DNA from: Gaiellaceae bacterium
GTDB lineage: Bacteria > Actinomycetota > Thermoleophilia > Gaiellales > Gaiellaceae
Assembly (NCBI GenBank): GCA_041499745.1
Contig: JBGQKY010000001.1
Location: 1-52,540 of the forward strand
Direction of reading: 5' to 3'
Length of the DNA: 52,540 nt
Shown in pieces: positions 9,250 through 18,646 of the stretch (positions are counted from its first letter, which is position 1; every line of letters starts with the position of its first letter). The notes beneath the pieces were generated by a model. That model was not told where the DNA came from. It was given only the letters and a program-made list of their open reading frames with translations, and did no database searches. A program made the translations under genes and the position numbers.

Positions 9250-9601
9250 TTCCGGCGGCGAAGCCGGGCAGCAGGCCTGCGTCGCCCTCGCCGGTCACGG
9301 TCAATCTCGTCCCGCCGCCGCTCGGCTCGAGCTCATGCCGCACGGTGAACGGCACGGGGCTGTCGAGCGCTCGGAGCGTGAAGAGCCGCGAAGGCTCGTA
9401 CTCCTCGATCTCGAGCATCGTCTGGAGCTCCCGGCCGAGCATGTGGCGCGACTCGCGGATACGCGCACCGGCGTGCGGCTCCCCCTCGAGCTCGGCGGAG
9501 TGGACGCCCGACTGCCACATGGGCAGGTTCGCGACGTCGATCAGGTAGGCGAACACCTCCTCGGGGCTCCGCGCAATCTCGACGACGACCTCGGTGCGCA
9601 C
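9179..9601 (-). CDS. SRPBCC (polyketide cyclase/START-like) family protein
   Basis: ..VVVEIARSPEEVFAYLIDVANLPMWQSGV.. is the typical SRPBCC N-terminus. Start uncertain: GTG 9601 preferred, and the longest ORF reaches 9682. Confidence 0.6.
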   Translation of the reverse strand: MRTEVVVEIARSPEEVFAYLIDVANLPMWQSGVHSAELEGEPHAGARIRESRHMLGRELQTMLEIEEYEPSRLFTLRALDSPVPFTVRHELEPSGGGTRLTVTGEGDAGLLPGFAAGIMARRAQRQLQTDFERLKRLLES

Positions 9602-9633
9602 ACGGCCAGGATAAAGCGCGGTACCCTCTCCAG

Positions 9634-11124
9634 GTGCGCCGGATCGCAGTCGCAGCGGGCGCTCTGCTCGCAGTCGCCGCATCGCTCGGGCTCGTGACGC
9701 GCGGCGGCAGCGGCGGCGAGGCGCGCGCAGCCGCGGCTCCGACGTGGAACGACGTCGCGCCGGTGTTCGCCGCGAAATGCGCGGGCTGCCACACGCCCGG
9801 CGGCGTCGCCCCCTTCTCGATCAGATCGCCCGGCACAGCCCATGCGTTCGCGCCGTTCATCCTCCGGCGGACTCAGAACGGCACGATGCCGCCGTGGATG
9901 CCAGGCACCGATTCGCCGGCGTTCACCGGCACCTCCGTCCGGATCCTGACACCGGCGGAGAAGGACCTGATCGCGCGGTGGGCACGCGGCGGCGCGAAGC
10001 TCGGCAACGCACATCCGATTCCGGCTTCGACCGCCGCCGGCACCGCTCCGGGAACGACCCTGATCCTGACGCCGGCACGCTCGTACACGCCGCATGCCAC
10101 CGCGGAATCGACGGACGACTACCACTGCACGCTGCTCGACCCGAAGCTCTCGCAGGACATGTTCGTCACGTCCGCCGCGGTGCAGCCGCAGCAGGGAGCG
10201 ATGGTGCACCACGTCATCCTCTTCGAGGCCGCGGGCGACAACGCCGCCGAGGCGCGGCGCCTGAACGCCGCGTCGGGCGGCAAGGGCTGGACGTGCTTCG
10301 GCGGTCCGGGACTGACGGAGACCCGAGCGTCGGCCGGCAACCTCGCGAGCGACCGGCTCGGCTCCCCGCAGTGGATCAGCGCCTGGGTGCCGGGCCATAC
10401 GACGAACGACCTGCCACAGGGCACGGGCGTCCTGCTCCACAAGGATGCGGTCGTGGTGATGCAGGTGCACTACAACCTGATGAACTCGATGCAGGGCATG
10501 CGCATGGACGATCGCTCGCGCGCGGTGCTCAAGGTCGTGCCGGCCGCGGGGTCGCAGCTGACGCCGCTCGACACGTTCCTGGCGCCCGCGCCGGTTGAGC
10601 TCCCGTGCCCGGCCGGGGTTCGCTCGGCACTCTGCTCGCGCGACGCGGCGTTCCGCGACGAGGTGCGCAAGTACGGCCAGGATGCGGCGGTCATTCCCAT
10701 CGGCCTCCTCTTTCTCTGCAAGAAGACTCTGGCCGACTATCCGCAGCAGGTCGGCGCCGCGACGGACGTGTCAACGTCGTGCGACCGCCCCGTCAACCGG
10801 CCGATCCGCATCTTCGGGGTCGCGGGCCACATGCACCTGCGCGGCTTCGACATCCGCATCGAGTTGAACCCCGGCACGACGCGGGCGCAGACGCTGCTGC
10901 ACATCCCGAAGTGGGACTTCCGCTGGCAGGACGCGTATTACTTCGAACAGCCTGTCGATGCGGAGCCGGGTGACACGATCCGCGTCACGTGCCGCTTCGG
11001 CAACTCGCGCGCCGCGCAGCCCGTCGTGCAGGGCAAGCGCCTCGCGCCGCGCTACGTGCTCTGGGGCGAGGGCACGACCGACGAGATGTGCCTCGGTCTG
11101 CTCCAGGTCGCGACGCGCGGGTAG
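9634..11124 (+). CDS. Secreted fusion: mono-haem cytochrome c-like domain plus copper type II (PHM/DBH-like) monooxygenase
   Basis: Signal peptide, then CAGCH haem-c motif with ..GTMPPW. The next section matches PHM motifs: DDYHCTLLDP..MVHHVILF, VVMQVHYN, AGHMHLRG, TTDEMC. Confidence 0.7.
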   Translation: MRRIAVAAGALLAVAASLGLVTRGGSGGEARAAAAPTWNDVAPVFAAKCAGCHTPGGVAPFSIRSPGTAHAFAPFILRRTQNGTMPPWMPGTDSPAFTGTSVRILTPAEKDLIARWARGGAKLGNAHPIPASTAAGTAPGTTLILTPARSYTPHATAESTDDYHCTLLDPKLSQDMFVTSAAVQPQQGAMVHHVILFEAAGDNAAEARRLNAASGGKGWTCFGGPGLTETRASAGNLASDRLGSPQWISAWVPGHTTNDLPQGTGVLLHKDAVVVMQVHYNLMNSMQGMRMDDRSRAVLKVVPAAGSQLTPLDTFLAPAPVELPCPAGVRSALCSRDAAFRDEVRKYGQDAAVIPIGLLFLCKKTLADYPQQVGAATDVSTSCDRPVNRPIRIFGVAGHMHLRGFDIRIELNPGTTRAQTLLHIPKWDFRWQDAYYFEQPVDAEPGDTIRVTCRFGNSRAAQPVVQGKRLAPRYVLWGEGTTDEMCLGLLQVATRG

Positions 11125-11239
11125 CCGACCCAGGGAGCCATGGGTTCCCCACGGTTCACACGGCCTCCGCGGCTTTCGGTATCGTGCGGCTACCGCGGAA
11201 AGGAGGTGGTCCGGCAGTGATTTCAGACAGTACGGGCAG

Positions 11240-11408
11240 TGGAGGTACCAGCGGGTAGAGGCGCGTGTCCCCGGGACCACGGGGAATCGCCTAGCCAGCG
11301 TAGGGGACGACGCGTTTCGCGCCGCCCGGCCTAGCCGGAGCAGGAAGCGCCTCTACCGAATGCAACGCTGGTAACCGGATCGGGGGCCGCGAAAGCGGCC
11401 CCCTTTCT
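11240..11408 (+). ncRNA. Candidate structured RNA (family not recognised) ending in a terminator hairpin
   Basis: Long-range helix 11244-11264 / 11347-11376 encloses a hairpin (11268-11273 / 11280-11285) and two GCCTAGCC octamers. It is followed by the 11382-11408 terminator. No credible ORF in the 282-nt gap. Confidence 0.2.
11382..11408 (+). terminator. Stem-loop GGGGGCCGC-GAAA-GCGGCCCCC followed by TTTCT
   Basis: Perfect 9-bp GC stem with a GNRA loop. The T-rich tail is only on the + strand. It also begins 3 nt after the stop of the minus-strand FMN-reductase gene, so it may act in both directions. Confidence 0.5.
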
Positions 11409-11967
11409 ATGCGGCCACCTTCACCGGAAACGACTCCGCCGCGAGGGTCTCGAGCAGCAGCCGCAACCGCTCGGAGAGCTCGCCGTCGAGCAGGCGGCCG
11501 GCGTCGTCGAAGCGCTCGTGCGCGCGGGTCACGGGAAGCTCGTCCCCGATGACGCGGGCGCCCGCGATCCCGAGGATCCTGCGCAGGTCGGCCTGCGCCC
11601 ACATCGCCCCGAACTGGCCCGGGCTGGCGCCGATCACGGCGACGTTCTTGTTCGTCAGCGCCGCCTCGAGCCGCGGGCGGGATGCCCAGTCGATCGCGTT
11701 CTTCAGCCCACCGGGGATGGAGCCGTTGTACTCGGGCGTCGCGAACAGGATCGCGTCCGCGCCGTCCCACTCCGCCCGGAGCCGTGCAACCGACTCGGGG
11801 ACCGTGCTCTGATCGAGATCCTGGTCGTAGATCGGCAGATCGCCGGTGGCGGCCGGATCGAACAGCTCGACCTCGACGCCCTCCGGCGCGGCGTCAGCCG
11901 CGACGCGGAGGAGCTTCGTGTTGAACGAGTCGTTCCGGAGGCTGCCGGAGACGGCCAGGATCCGCAT
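11407..11967 (-). CDS. NAD(P)H-dependent FMN reductase
   Basis: MRILAVSGSLRNDSFNTKLL..ILFATPEYNGSIPGGLKNAIDWASRP. Confidence 0.8.
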   Translation of the reverse strand: MRILAVSGSLRNDSFNTKLLRVAADAAPEGVEVELFDPAATGDLPIYDQDLDQSTVPESVARLRAEWDGADAILFATPEYNGSIPGGLKNAIDWASRPRLEAALTNKNVAVIGASPGQFGAMWAQADLRRILGIAGARVIGDELPVTRAHERFDDAGRLLDGELSERLRLLLETLAAESFPVKVAA

Positions 11968-11969
11968 GA

Positions 11970-12518
11970 CTAGCCCTCCTGCCTGACGAGCGCGAGCTCG
12001 GCGATGAGCTTCACGTCGTTGCCGAGGTAGTCGCCGCCGCTCTGGTTCGGCGCGTTCCAGCTGACGCCGAACTGGGTGCGGTCGACGGCGGCCTCGAGGT
12101 TGAGGCCGAGGCGCTCGCGGCCGAACGGGTCGGTCGTCGGCGCGTCGGCGATCAGGCCGGTGAGCTCGATCGGCTTCGAGACGCCCTTGATCGTGAGCTC
12201 GCCCTTGCCCTCGACGCGATTGCCCGCGAGTCGGTTCAGCTCGGTGGCCTTGAACTCGATCTCCGGATAGCGCTCGGCGTCGAAGAAGTCCGGGGTCTGG
12301 AGATGGCCGTTGAGCTGCTCGTCCTTGACGTCGACGCTCGCGACCTTCGCCGCTCCGTCGAGGGACTCGCCGGTCAGGGTGGCAGTGAAGTCGTTGAAGC
12401 TGCCGCGGAACGTGTTCACGCCCGCGTAGGCGACCTCGAAGGAAACGCTTGAATGGACGGTGTCCGCTGCCCAGGTGCCTGCGGGCGCGAACTGCTTGGT
12501 GTTCTCGATGACTGACAT
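11970..12518 (-). CDS. YceI-family polyisoprenoid-binding protein
   Basis: ATG at 12518 preceded by AGGAGG. ..WAADTVHSSVSFEVAYAGVNTFRGSF..FFDAERYPEIEFKAT.. Confidence 0.8.
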   Translation of the reverse strand: MSVIENTKQFAPAGTWAADTVHSSVSFEVAYAGVNTFRGSFNDFTATLTGESLDGAAKVASVDVKDEQLNGHLQTPDFFDAERYPEIEFKATELNRLAGNRVEGKGELTIKGVSKPIELTGLIADAPTTDPFGRERLGLNLEAAVDRTQFGVSWNAPNQSGGDYLGNDVKLIAELALVRQEG

Positions 12519-12551
12519 TGGCTGTTGCCTCCTAGGGCAGATGCTGTATAC

Positions 12552-12596
12552 TTGACCTGTCAACTATATTAGCGAGAAAAACTTGTCTAGTCAAGT
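12552..12596. promoter_or_regulatory. Two palindromes in an AT-rich divergent intergenic region; putative MarR operators
   Basis: TTGAC-ct-GTCAA at 12552-12563 and ACTTGtCTAGtCAAGT at 12581-12596. This is the lowest-GC stretch I saw in the window. Confidence 0.4.
12566..12594 (-). promoter_or_regulatory. Sigma-70-like promoter for the yceI / FMN-reductase operon
   Basis: The minus strand reads TTGACT-N17-TAATAT (-35 at 12594-12589, -10 at 12571-12566). The -35 lies inside the second palindrome. Confidence 0.4.
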
Positions 12597-13059
12597 ATTG
12601 AGCGCACAACTTACCCGGGAGCCGAAAGTCCAGGGCTGGATCAGCTTCCTGCGCGCGCACGCAGCGGTCACGCGCGAGCTCTCGGCCCGCCTGGAGGCCC
12701 AGCATGGGCTGACCCTGAGCGACTTCGACGTTCTCGCCCAGCTCTACCACGCGCCCCAGAACTCGCTCCGCCGGGTCGACCTCTCCCGCCAGGTGCTCCT
12801 GACCGCCTCGGGGATCACCCGCCTCCTCGACGGGCTCGAGCGGGCCGGCTGGGTCGAGAAGGGACGCTGCCAGAGCGACGCGCGCGTGACCTACGCGGTC
12901 CTCACGAAGGTCGGCCTCGCGAAGTTCGAGGAGGCGCGAACCTCGCACCTCGCCGACATCGAGGCGCTCTTCGGCTCGCGGTTCAGCGACGAGGAGCGGG
13001 CGACGCTCGCGGAGTTGCTCGGACGCCTGCCGCTCGCAGATACTGCGTGCTCAGAGTGA
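12583..13059 (+). CDS. MarR-family transcriptional regulator
   Basis: ..LTLSDFDVLAQLYHAPQNSLRRVDLSRQVLLTASGITRLLDGLERAGWVEKGRCQSDARV.. (winged HTH). Start uncertain: TTG at 12583 or 12598. Confidence 0.8.
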   Translation: MSSQVLSAQLTREPKVQGWISFLRAHAAVTRELSARLEAQHGLTLSDFDVLAQLYHAPQNSLRRVDLSRQVLLTASGITRLLDGLERAGWVEKGRCQSDARVTYAVLTKVGLAKFEEARTSHLADIEALFGSRFSDEERATLAELLGRLPLADTACSE

Positions 13060-13445
13060 GCCACGCGTTCTCTTCTCTCGACGAGCTCGGCGAGGGCTAC
13101 GGCTTCCGCAAGGTGCGGGCGCCGCTCGGGGTGACGGCCTTCGGCGTGAACGCGCTCGTCTACCCGCCGGGCTACGACGGCTTCCACCACTACCACGACA
13201 CCCAGGACGAGCTGTACTTCGTCCACCGCGGCCGCGTCCGCGTGGAGGTCGAGGACGAGACTCGCGACCTCGAGGCCGGCGGCCTCTTCCACTGCGAATC
13301 CACCACGCCCCGCAAGATCTCGAACCCGTTCGACGAGGAGGCGGTCCTCTTCGTCGTCGGCGGCAAGGGCGGCTACGTGGAGCGCGACGGGCATCTGGTC
13401 GACCCGGCCGACGCCGAGCGCCGCGCCTCGTTCGGCAAGTCGTAA
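13056..13445 (+). CDS. Cupin-domain protein
   Basis: GTGA overlap with the marR stop. Cupin motifs GFHHYHDTQDELYFVHRG and GGLFHCESTTPRKISN. Confidence 0.65.
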   Translation: MSHAFSSLDELGEGYGFRKVRAPLGVTAFGVNALVYPPGYDGFHHYHDTQDELYFVHRGRVRVEVEDETRDLEAGGLFHCESTTPRKISNPFDEEAVLFVVGGKGGYVERDGHLVDPADAERRASFGKS

Positions 13446-13447
13446 GC

Positions 13448-14530
13448 CTAGAGCCGCACCACGGTTCGGATGCCCCTCGAGCCGTGGAGCTCGTCGAGTG
13501 CGTCAGGCACGTCCTCGAGCGCGATCGTCTTGGTCACGAAGCGGGCGAGGTCGATCTTCCCGGCGAGCGCCGCCTGCGCGAGGAACGGGAAGTCCTGCTG
13601 CGGGATCGTGTCGCCGCCGTGCGTCACCGCGATCGCGACCTTCGGATGGAACAGGTCGCGCTCGAGATCGACGGTGAGGGTGCTCCCCGGCGGCGGGACG
13701 CCGACGAGCGTCGCAGTGCCGCCGTACGCACACATCCGCACCGCGTCGGCGAGGCCCGAGGGCGGCGTGATCGCCGTGAACGCGTGGTCGACACCATCGG
13801 TGAGAGCACGCACCTCCGCGACAGCGTCGCTCGACGACGCGTCGACGGCGTGCGTCGCGCCGAGCTCGAGCGCGAGCGCCAGCTTCTCCGGCAGCACGTC
13901 GACCGCCACGATCGACGACGCTCCCGCGAGCCGTGCTCCCTGCATCACTGCCAGGCCGACCCCGCCGCAGCCGATAACGGCGACCGCGGAGCCCGGCTGC
14001 ACCGGTGACGACCACAACGCCGCGCCGGCACCCGTCGAGAAGCCGCACGCGAGCAGGCATGCCTGCTCCACGGGCAGGGCGTCGGGCACCTTCACGGCGA
14101 CGGCTTCGTGGACGATCACCCGGTCGGCAAACGTGCCGCACCGCAGCACCGCGCTCAGCAGCGCGCCGTCCGCCGCGCGGTGCATCCGCCGCTTCGCGCG
14201 CCGGTTGTTCGAGCAGCGGCGCAGGTCGCCGCGCCGGCACGCGCGGCACGAATCGCCGCACGGCGCGCGCCACGCGATCACGACGCGGTCGCCCGGCACG
14301 ACCGTGGTGACGCCGTCGCCGACCTCCTCGACGACTCCGGCGCCCTCATGCCCGAGCAGGATCGGGAACGCCATCCCCCAGCCGTCCGTGTCGATCACAT
14401 GCCGGTCGGTGTGGCAGACGCCGCAGGCCTCCACTCGCACCTGAACCTCGTTCGCCCCGGGCGGGTCGAGCGTGATCTCCTCGACCGCCGGCCGCGTGCC
14501 GGGCTCCGCGTACACGACGCCGCGCGTCAC
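13448..14530 (-). CDS. Zinc-dependent alcohol dehydrogenase (MDR superfamily)
   Basis: GTG at 14530 (GTGA overlap with the upstream SDR gene). ACGVCHTDRH, GHEGAGVVEEVG, structural-Zn Cys cluster CGDSCRACRRGDLRRC, Rossmann VIGCGGVGL. The 529-aa ORF in the track is an over-extension. Confidence 0.8.
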   Translation of the reverse strand: MTRGVVYAEPGTRPAVEEITLDPPGANEVQVRVEACGVCHTDRHVIDTDGWGMAFPILLGHEGAGVVEEVGDGVTTVVPGDRVVIAWRAPCGDSCRACRRGDLRRCSNNRRAKRRMHRAADGALLSAVLRCGTFADRVIVHEAVAVKVPDALPVEQACLLACGFSTGAGAALWSSPVQPGSAVAVIGCGGVGLAVMQGARLAGASSIVAVDVLPEKLALALELGATHAVDASSSDAVAEVRALTDGVDHAFTAITPPSGLADAVRMCAYGGTATLVGVPPPGSTLTVDLERDLFHPKVAIAVTHGGDTIPQQDFPFLAQAALAGKIDLARFVTKTIALEDVPDALDELHGSRGIRTVVRL

Positions 14531-15435
14531 GACGCCGCTCTGCGCAACTGCTCGTCGAGCGGGACGAGCGGTAGCTTGAACGTCTCCACGGCGGCTGGGT
14601 CGGTGACGATGTTGTCGCCGAGCTCGAGCATCTTGAGCTGGTCGCGGGTGACGGGCGCGCCGGGGAGCTTCTCGAGGAGCATCGCCTGCACCCGCATCAC
14701 CCCGAACGGGACGTGAAGGGACGGCCGCCGGGCGCCGAGCACCCGCTTCAGCAGGTCCCAGAACTCGTTCCAGGTCGACGCTTCGGGGCCGCCGGCCTCG
14801 AACGTGCGGTTCGCCGCCGCCGGAAGCTCGACCGACTGCGCGTAGTACTCGGCCACGTCCTCGACCCAGATCGGCTGGAGCCGCTGCGTCCCCGGCCCGA
14901 TGATCGGCGTGACCGGCGCGAAGCGCGCGAGCCTGACAAAGGTCGGCAGCACGCCGCCATCCTTGCCGAAGACGAAGCTCGGACGCAGGATCACGTACTC
15001 GAGCCCGGACTCCTTCACCGCCCGCTCCATCTCCCACTTCGCGGCGAAGTACGGCACCACGTCCTTGGAGCGCTCGTCGAGCCCGAGCGCGCTCGCGAGC
15101 ACGAAGCGCCGCACGCCGGCCTCAGTGGCGGCCGCGACGAGGTCGCGCGTGCCCTGCGTCATGATCCGCTCGAACTCTGCGCGCGAGCCCTTGATGATCG
15201 CGACGAGATGGACGACCGAATCGACACCGGTCGCGGCGGCGCGCAGGCTGACGGGATCGGTGACGTCCCCGACCACGAGCTCGGCGCCCCACGACGCGAG
15301 ACGGGCGCCGCTGCGCAGGTTGCGAACGAGCGCACGGACCGGAACATCGCGGGCCCGCAGCGCGTGCACGACATGAGGGCCGACGAAGCCGGTGGCTCCT
15401 GTGACGAGAACGGGTGCAGGCCTGGACGCGTTCAT
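14527..15435 (-). CDS. NAD(P)-binding atypical SDR (NmrA / NDUFA9-like epimerase-dehydratase fold)
   Basis: [18 protein letters not shown].. glycine-rich motif near the N-terminus. 302 aa. Confidence 0.7.
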   Translation of the reverse strand: MNASRPAPVLVTGATGFVGPHVVHALRARDVPVRALVRNLRSGARLASWGAELVVGDVTDPVSLRAAATGVDSVVHLVAIIKGSRAEFERIMTQGTRDLVAAATEAGVRRFVLASALGLDERSKDVVPYFAAKWEMERAVKESGLEYVILRPSFVFGKDGGVLPTFVRLARFAPVTPIIGPGTQRLQPIWVEDVAEYYAQSVELPAAANRTFEAGGPEASTWNEFWDLLKRVLGARRPSLHVPFGVMRVQAMLLEKLPGAPVTRDQLKMLELGDNIVTDPAAVETFKLPLVPLDEQLRRAAS

Positions 15436-15995
15436 TCGAAGTTCTTGAAGTAGCGGCTCGGTGTCGGGCCCTTCTGGCCATTGTACTTCGAGCCGAGCTC
15501 CGCCGCGCCGTACGGCGTGGTGGCGGGCTCGGTCATCTGCATGAAGGAGATCTGCCCGATCTTCATGCCAGGGTAGATCGTGATCGGCAGGTTCGCGACG
15601 TTCGAGAGCTCGAGCGTGACGTGCCCGTCCCAGCCCGGGTCGATGAAGCCGGCGGTCGAGTGAATCAGCAGGCCGAGACGGCCTAATGAACTCTTGCCTT
15701 CTAAGCGGGCAACGAGGTCGTCCGGCAGCCGGATGCGCTCGAGCGTCGAGCCGAGGACGAACTCTCCCGGGTGGAGCACGAACGGATGCTCGCCGTCCAC
15801 CTCGACGAGCTCGGTCAGCTCCGCCTGCTCGACCTTGACGTCGATGAACGGGTAGCGGTTGTTGTGGAAGACACGGAAGAGGGCGTCGACGCGCACGTCG
15901 ACGCTCGAGGGCTGGAGGAGCGACTCGTCGTAGGGGTCGATCTCGATGCGCCCCTCGGCGAGGCAGCGGGCGATCGTCGCGTCCGAGAGGACCAC
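15432..15995 (-). CDS. dcd: dCTP deaminase
   Basis: ..[62 protein letters not shown] overlap with the SDR gene. Start is GTG 15995 (family-typical length) or ATG 16019. Confidence 0.8.
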   Translation of the reverse strand: MVLSDATIARCLAEGRIEIDPYDESLLQPSSVDVRVDALFRVFHNNRYPFIDVKVEQAELTELVEVDGEHPFVLHPGEFVLGSTLERIRLPDDLVARLEGKSSLGRLGLLIHSTAGFIDPGWDGHVTLELSNVANLPITIYPGMKIGQISFMQMTEPATTPYGAAELGSKYNGQKGPTPSRYFKNFE

Positions 15996-16021
15996 GGGGG
16001 CGATCTTAGGGGTTACCATCC

Positions 16022-17254
16022 GTGACCCTCGTGGCAATTGCCTCGGACATCGACCACACCGAGCTGCGCCGGCAGCAGCGGGAGGCGCGGAGACGCCAGA
16101 TCCGCCGTCGGCGCCTGGCGGCGCTCGGCCTGCTCGTGGCGCTCGGCGCAGCCGCCCTGTTCGGGTTGACGCGCCTTCTCGCCGGGTCTGCCGGGGCGGC
16201 TGCCGTCGTGCTCGAGCCGGTGCGCTCGGCCGCGCCCGCGAGCAGGTTCCACGCGACGCTGCCGGAGGAGATCCGCGGCGTGCACGTGACCGGGCCGCTC
16301 ATGAGCCTTCCCGGCAGGTTCAGGCAGTACCTCGCCCTGCGCTCGTACGGCCTGAACACGGTGGAGGTCGACGTGAAGGACGAGAACGGCAACATCTCGT
16401 TCGTGAAGGGTGCGCCGACGATCGCGCGCAGGGACGGCGCCGACCGCGCCTACTTCAACCTGAAGAACGCCGCCCGCCAGGCGCACGAGGCCGGCGTCTA
16501 CCTGATCGGGCGGGTGGTCGCTTTCGAGGATCCGATCACGTCGGTCGCCCATCCGGAGCTCGCGATCCACAAAGCGGACGGATCGATCTGGCGCTCGAAC
16601 GGCGGGCTCGGCTGGCTGAACCCGTACAGCCGCGCCGCCTGGCGCTACGACGTCGATGTCGCGGTCGCGGCGGCAAAGGCCGGATTCGACGAGATCCAGT
16701 TCGACTACGTCCGCTTCCCGAGCGACGGCGACCTCTCGCGGATCCGCTACCCGGGCCGGCACCCACAACCGATGCGCGAGACGATCGCTGCGTTTCTGCG
16801 CTACGCCGCCTCGCGGCTGCACCCGCTCGGCGTGCGCGTCTCGGCCGACGTCTTCGGGCTCTCGGCCACGCACGACCTCGGCGTCGGACAGCATCCCTGG
16901 GAGATCGCGAAGGTTGTCGACGCGATCTATCCGATGACCTACCCGTCCCACTACCGCTCGGGGGAGTACAACCTCGACAACCCCGACGCGGCGCCGGGTG
17001 CGACCGTCAGGTACTCGCTCCGCGACTTCCGCAAGCAGCTCGAGGGCGGCAAAGCGCTACTCGTGCCGTGGCTTCAGGACTTCTCGCTCGGCCGGTCGTA
17101 CTCGCCCGCCGACGTCGCCGCGCAGATCACCTCGGCCCGGGCGGCGAACACCGGCGGCTTCATGCTCTGGAACGCCGGCGGGATCTACACGCGCAAGGTG
17201 CTCCGCGGTGGGGCACCGCCGCCGCTGCCGAGCCTCGAGGTGCCGCAGCTATAG
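16022..17254 (+). CDS. Membrane-anchored putative glycoside hydrolase (GHL / DUF4015-like TIM barrel)
   Basis: Arg-rich N-terminus plus a TM segment. ..[55 protein letters not shown].. Confidence 0.6.
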   Translation: MTLVAIASDIDHTELRRQQREARRRQIRRRRLAALGLLVALGAAALFGLTRLLAGSAGAAAVVLEPVRSAAPASRFHATLPEEIRGVHVTGPLMSLPGRFRQYLALRSYGLNTVEVDVKDENGNISFVKGAPTIARRDGADRAYFNLKNAARQAHEAGVYLIGRVVAFEDPITSVAHPELAIHKADGSIWRSNGGLGWLNPYSRAAWRYDVDVAVAAAKAGFDEIQFDYVRFPSDGDLSRIRYPGRHPQPMRETIAAFLRYAASRLHPLGVRVSADVFGLSATHDLGVGQHPWEIAKVVDAIYPMTYPSHYRSGEYNLDNPDAAPGATVRYSLRDFRKQLEGGKALLVPWLQDFSLGRSYSPADVAAQITSARAANTGGFMLWNAGGIYTRKVLRGGAPPPLPSLEVPQL

Positions 17255-17293
17255 ACCGGCCGTGCGAAGGGATGGCGGCTATGGTGAGAGCCG

Positions 17294-18616
<1,323 letters not shown>

Positions 18617-18646
18617 CCCCGACGAGGGCTCGCGCGTTCTACGCAC

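Noticed and set aside
11140-11220. Mini-ORFs in the 11125-11406 gap: a 26-codon ATG ORF from 11140, and AAAGGAGG followed by GTG-GTC-CGG-CAG-TGA at 11199-11220.
   Set aside because: They are very short with no coding-like features, and the SD-like sequence can be explained as part of RNA secondary structure (CCUCC/GGAGG pairing).
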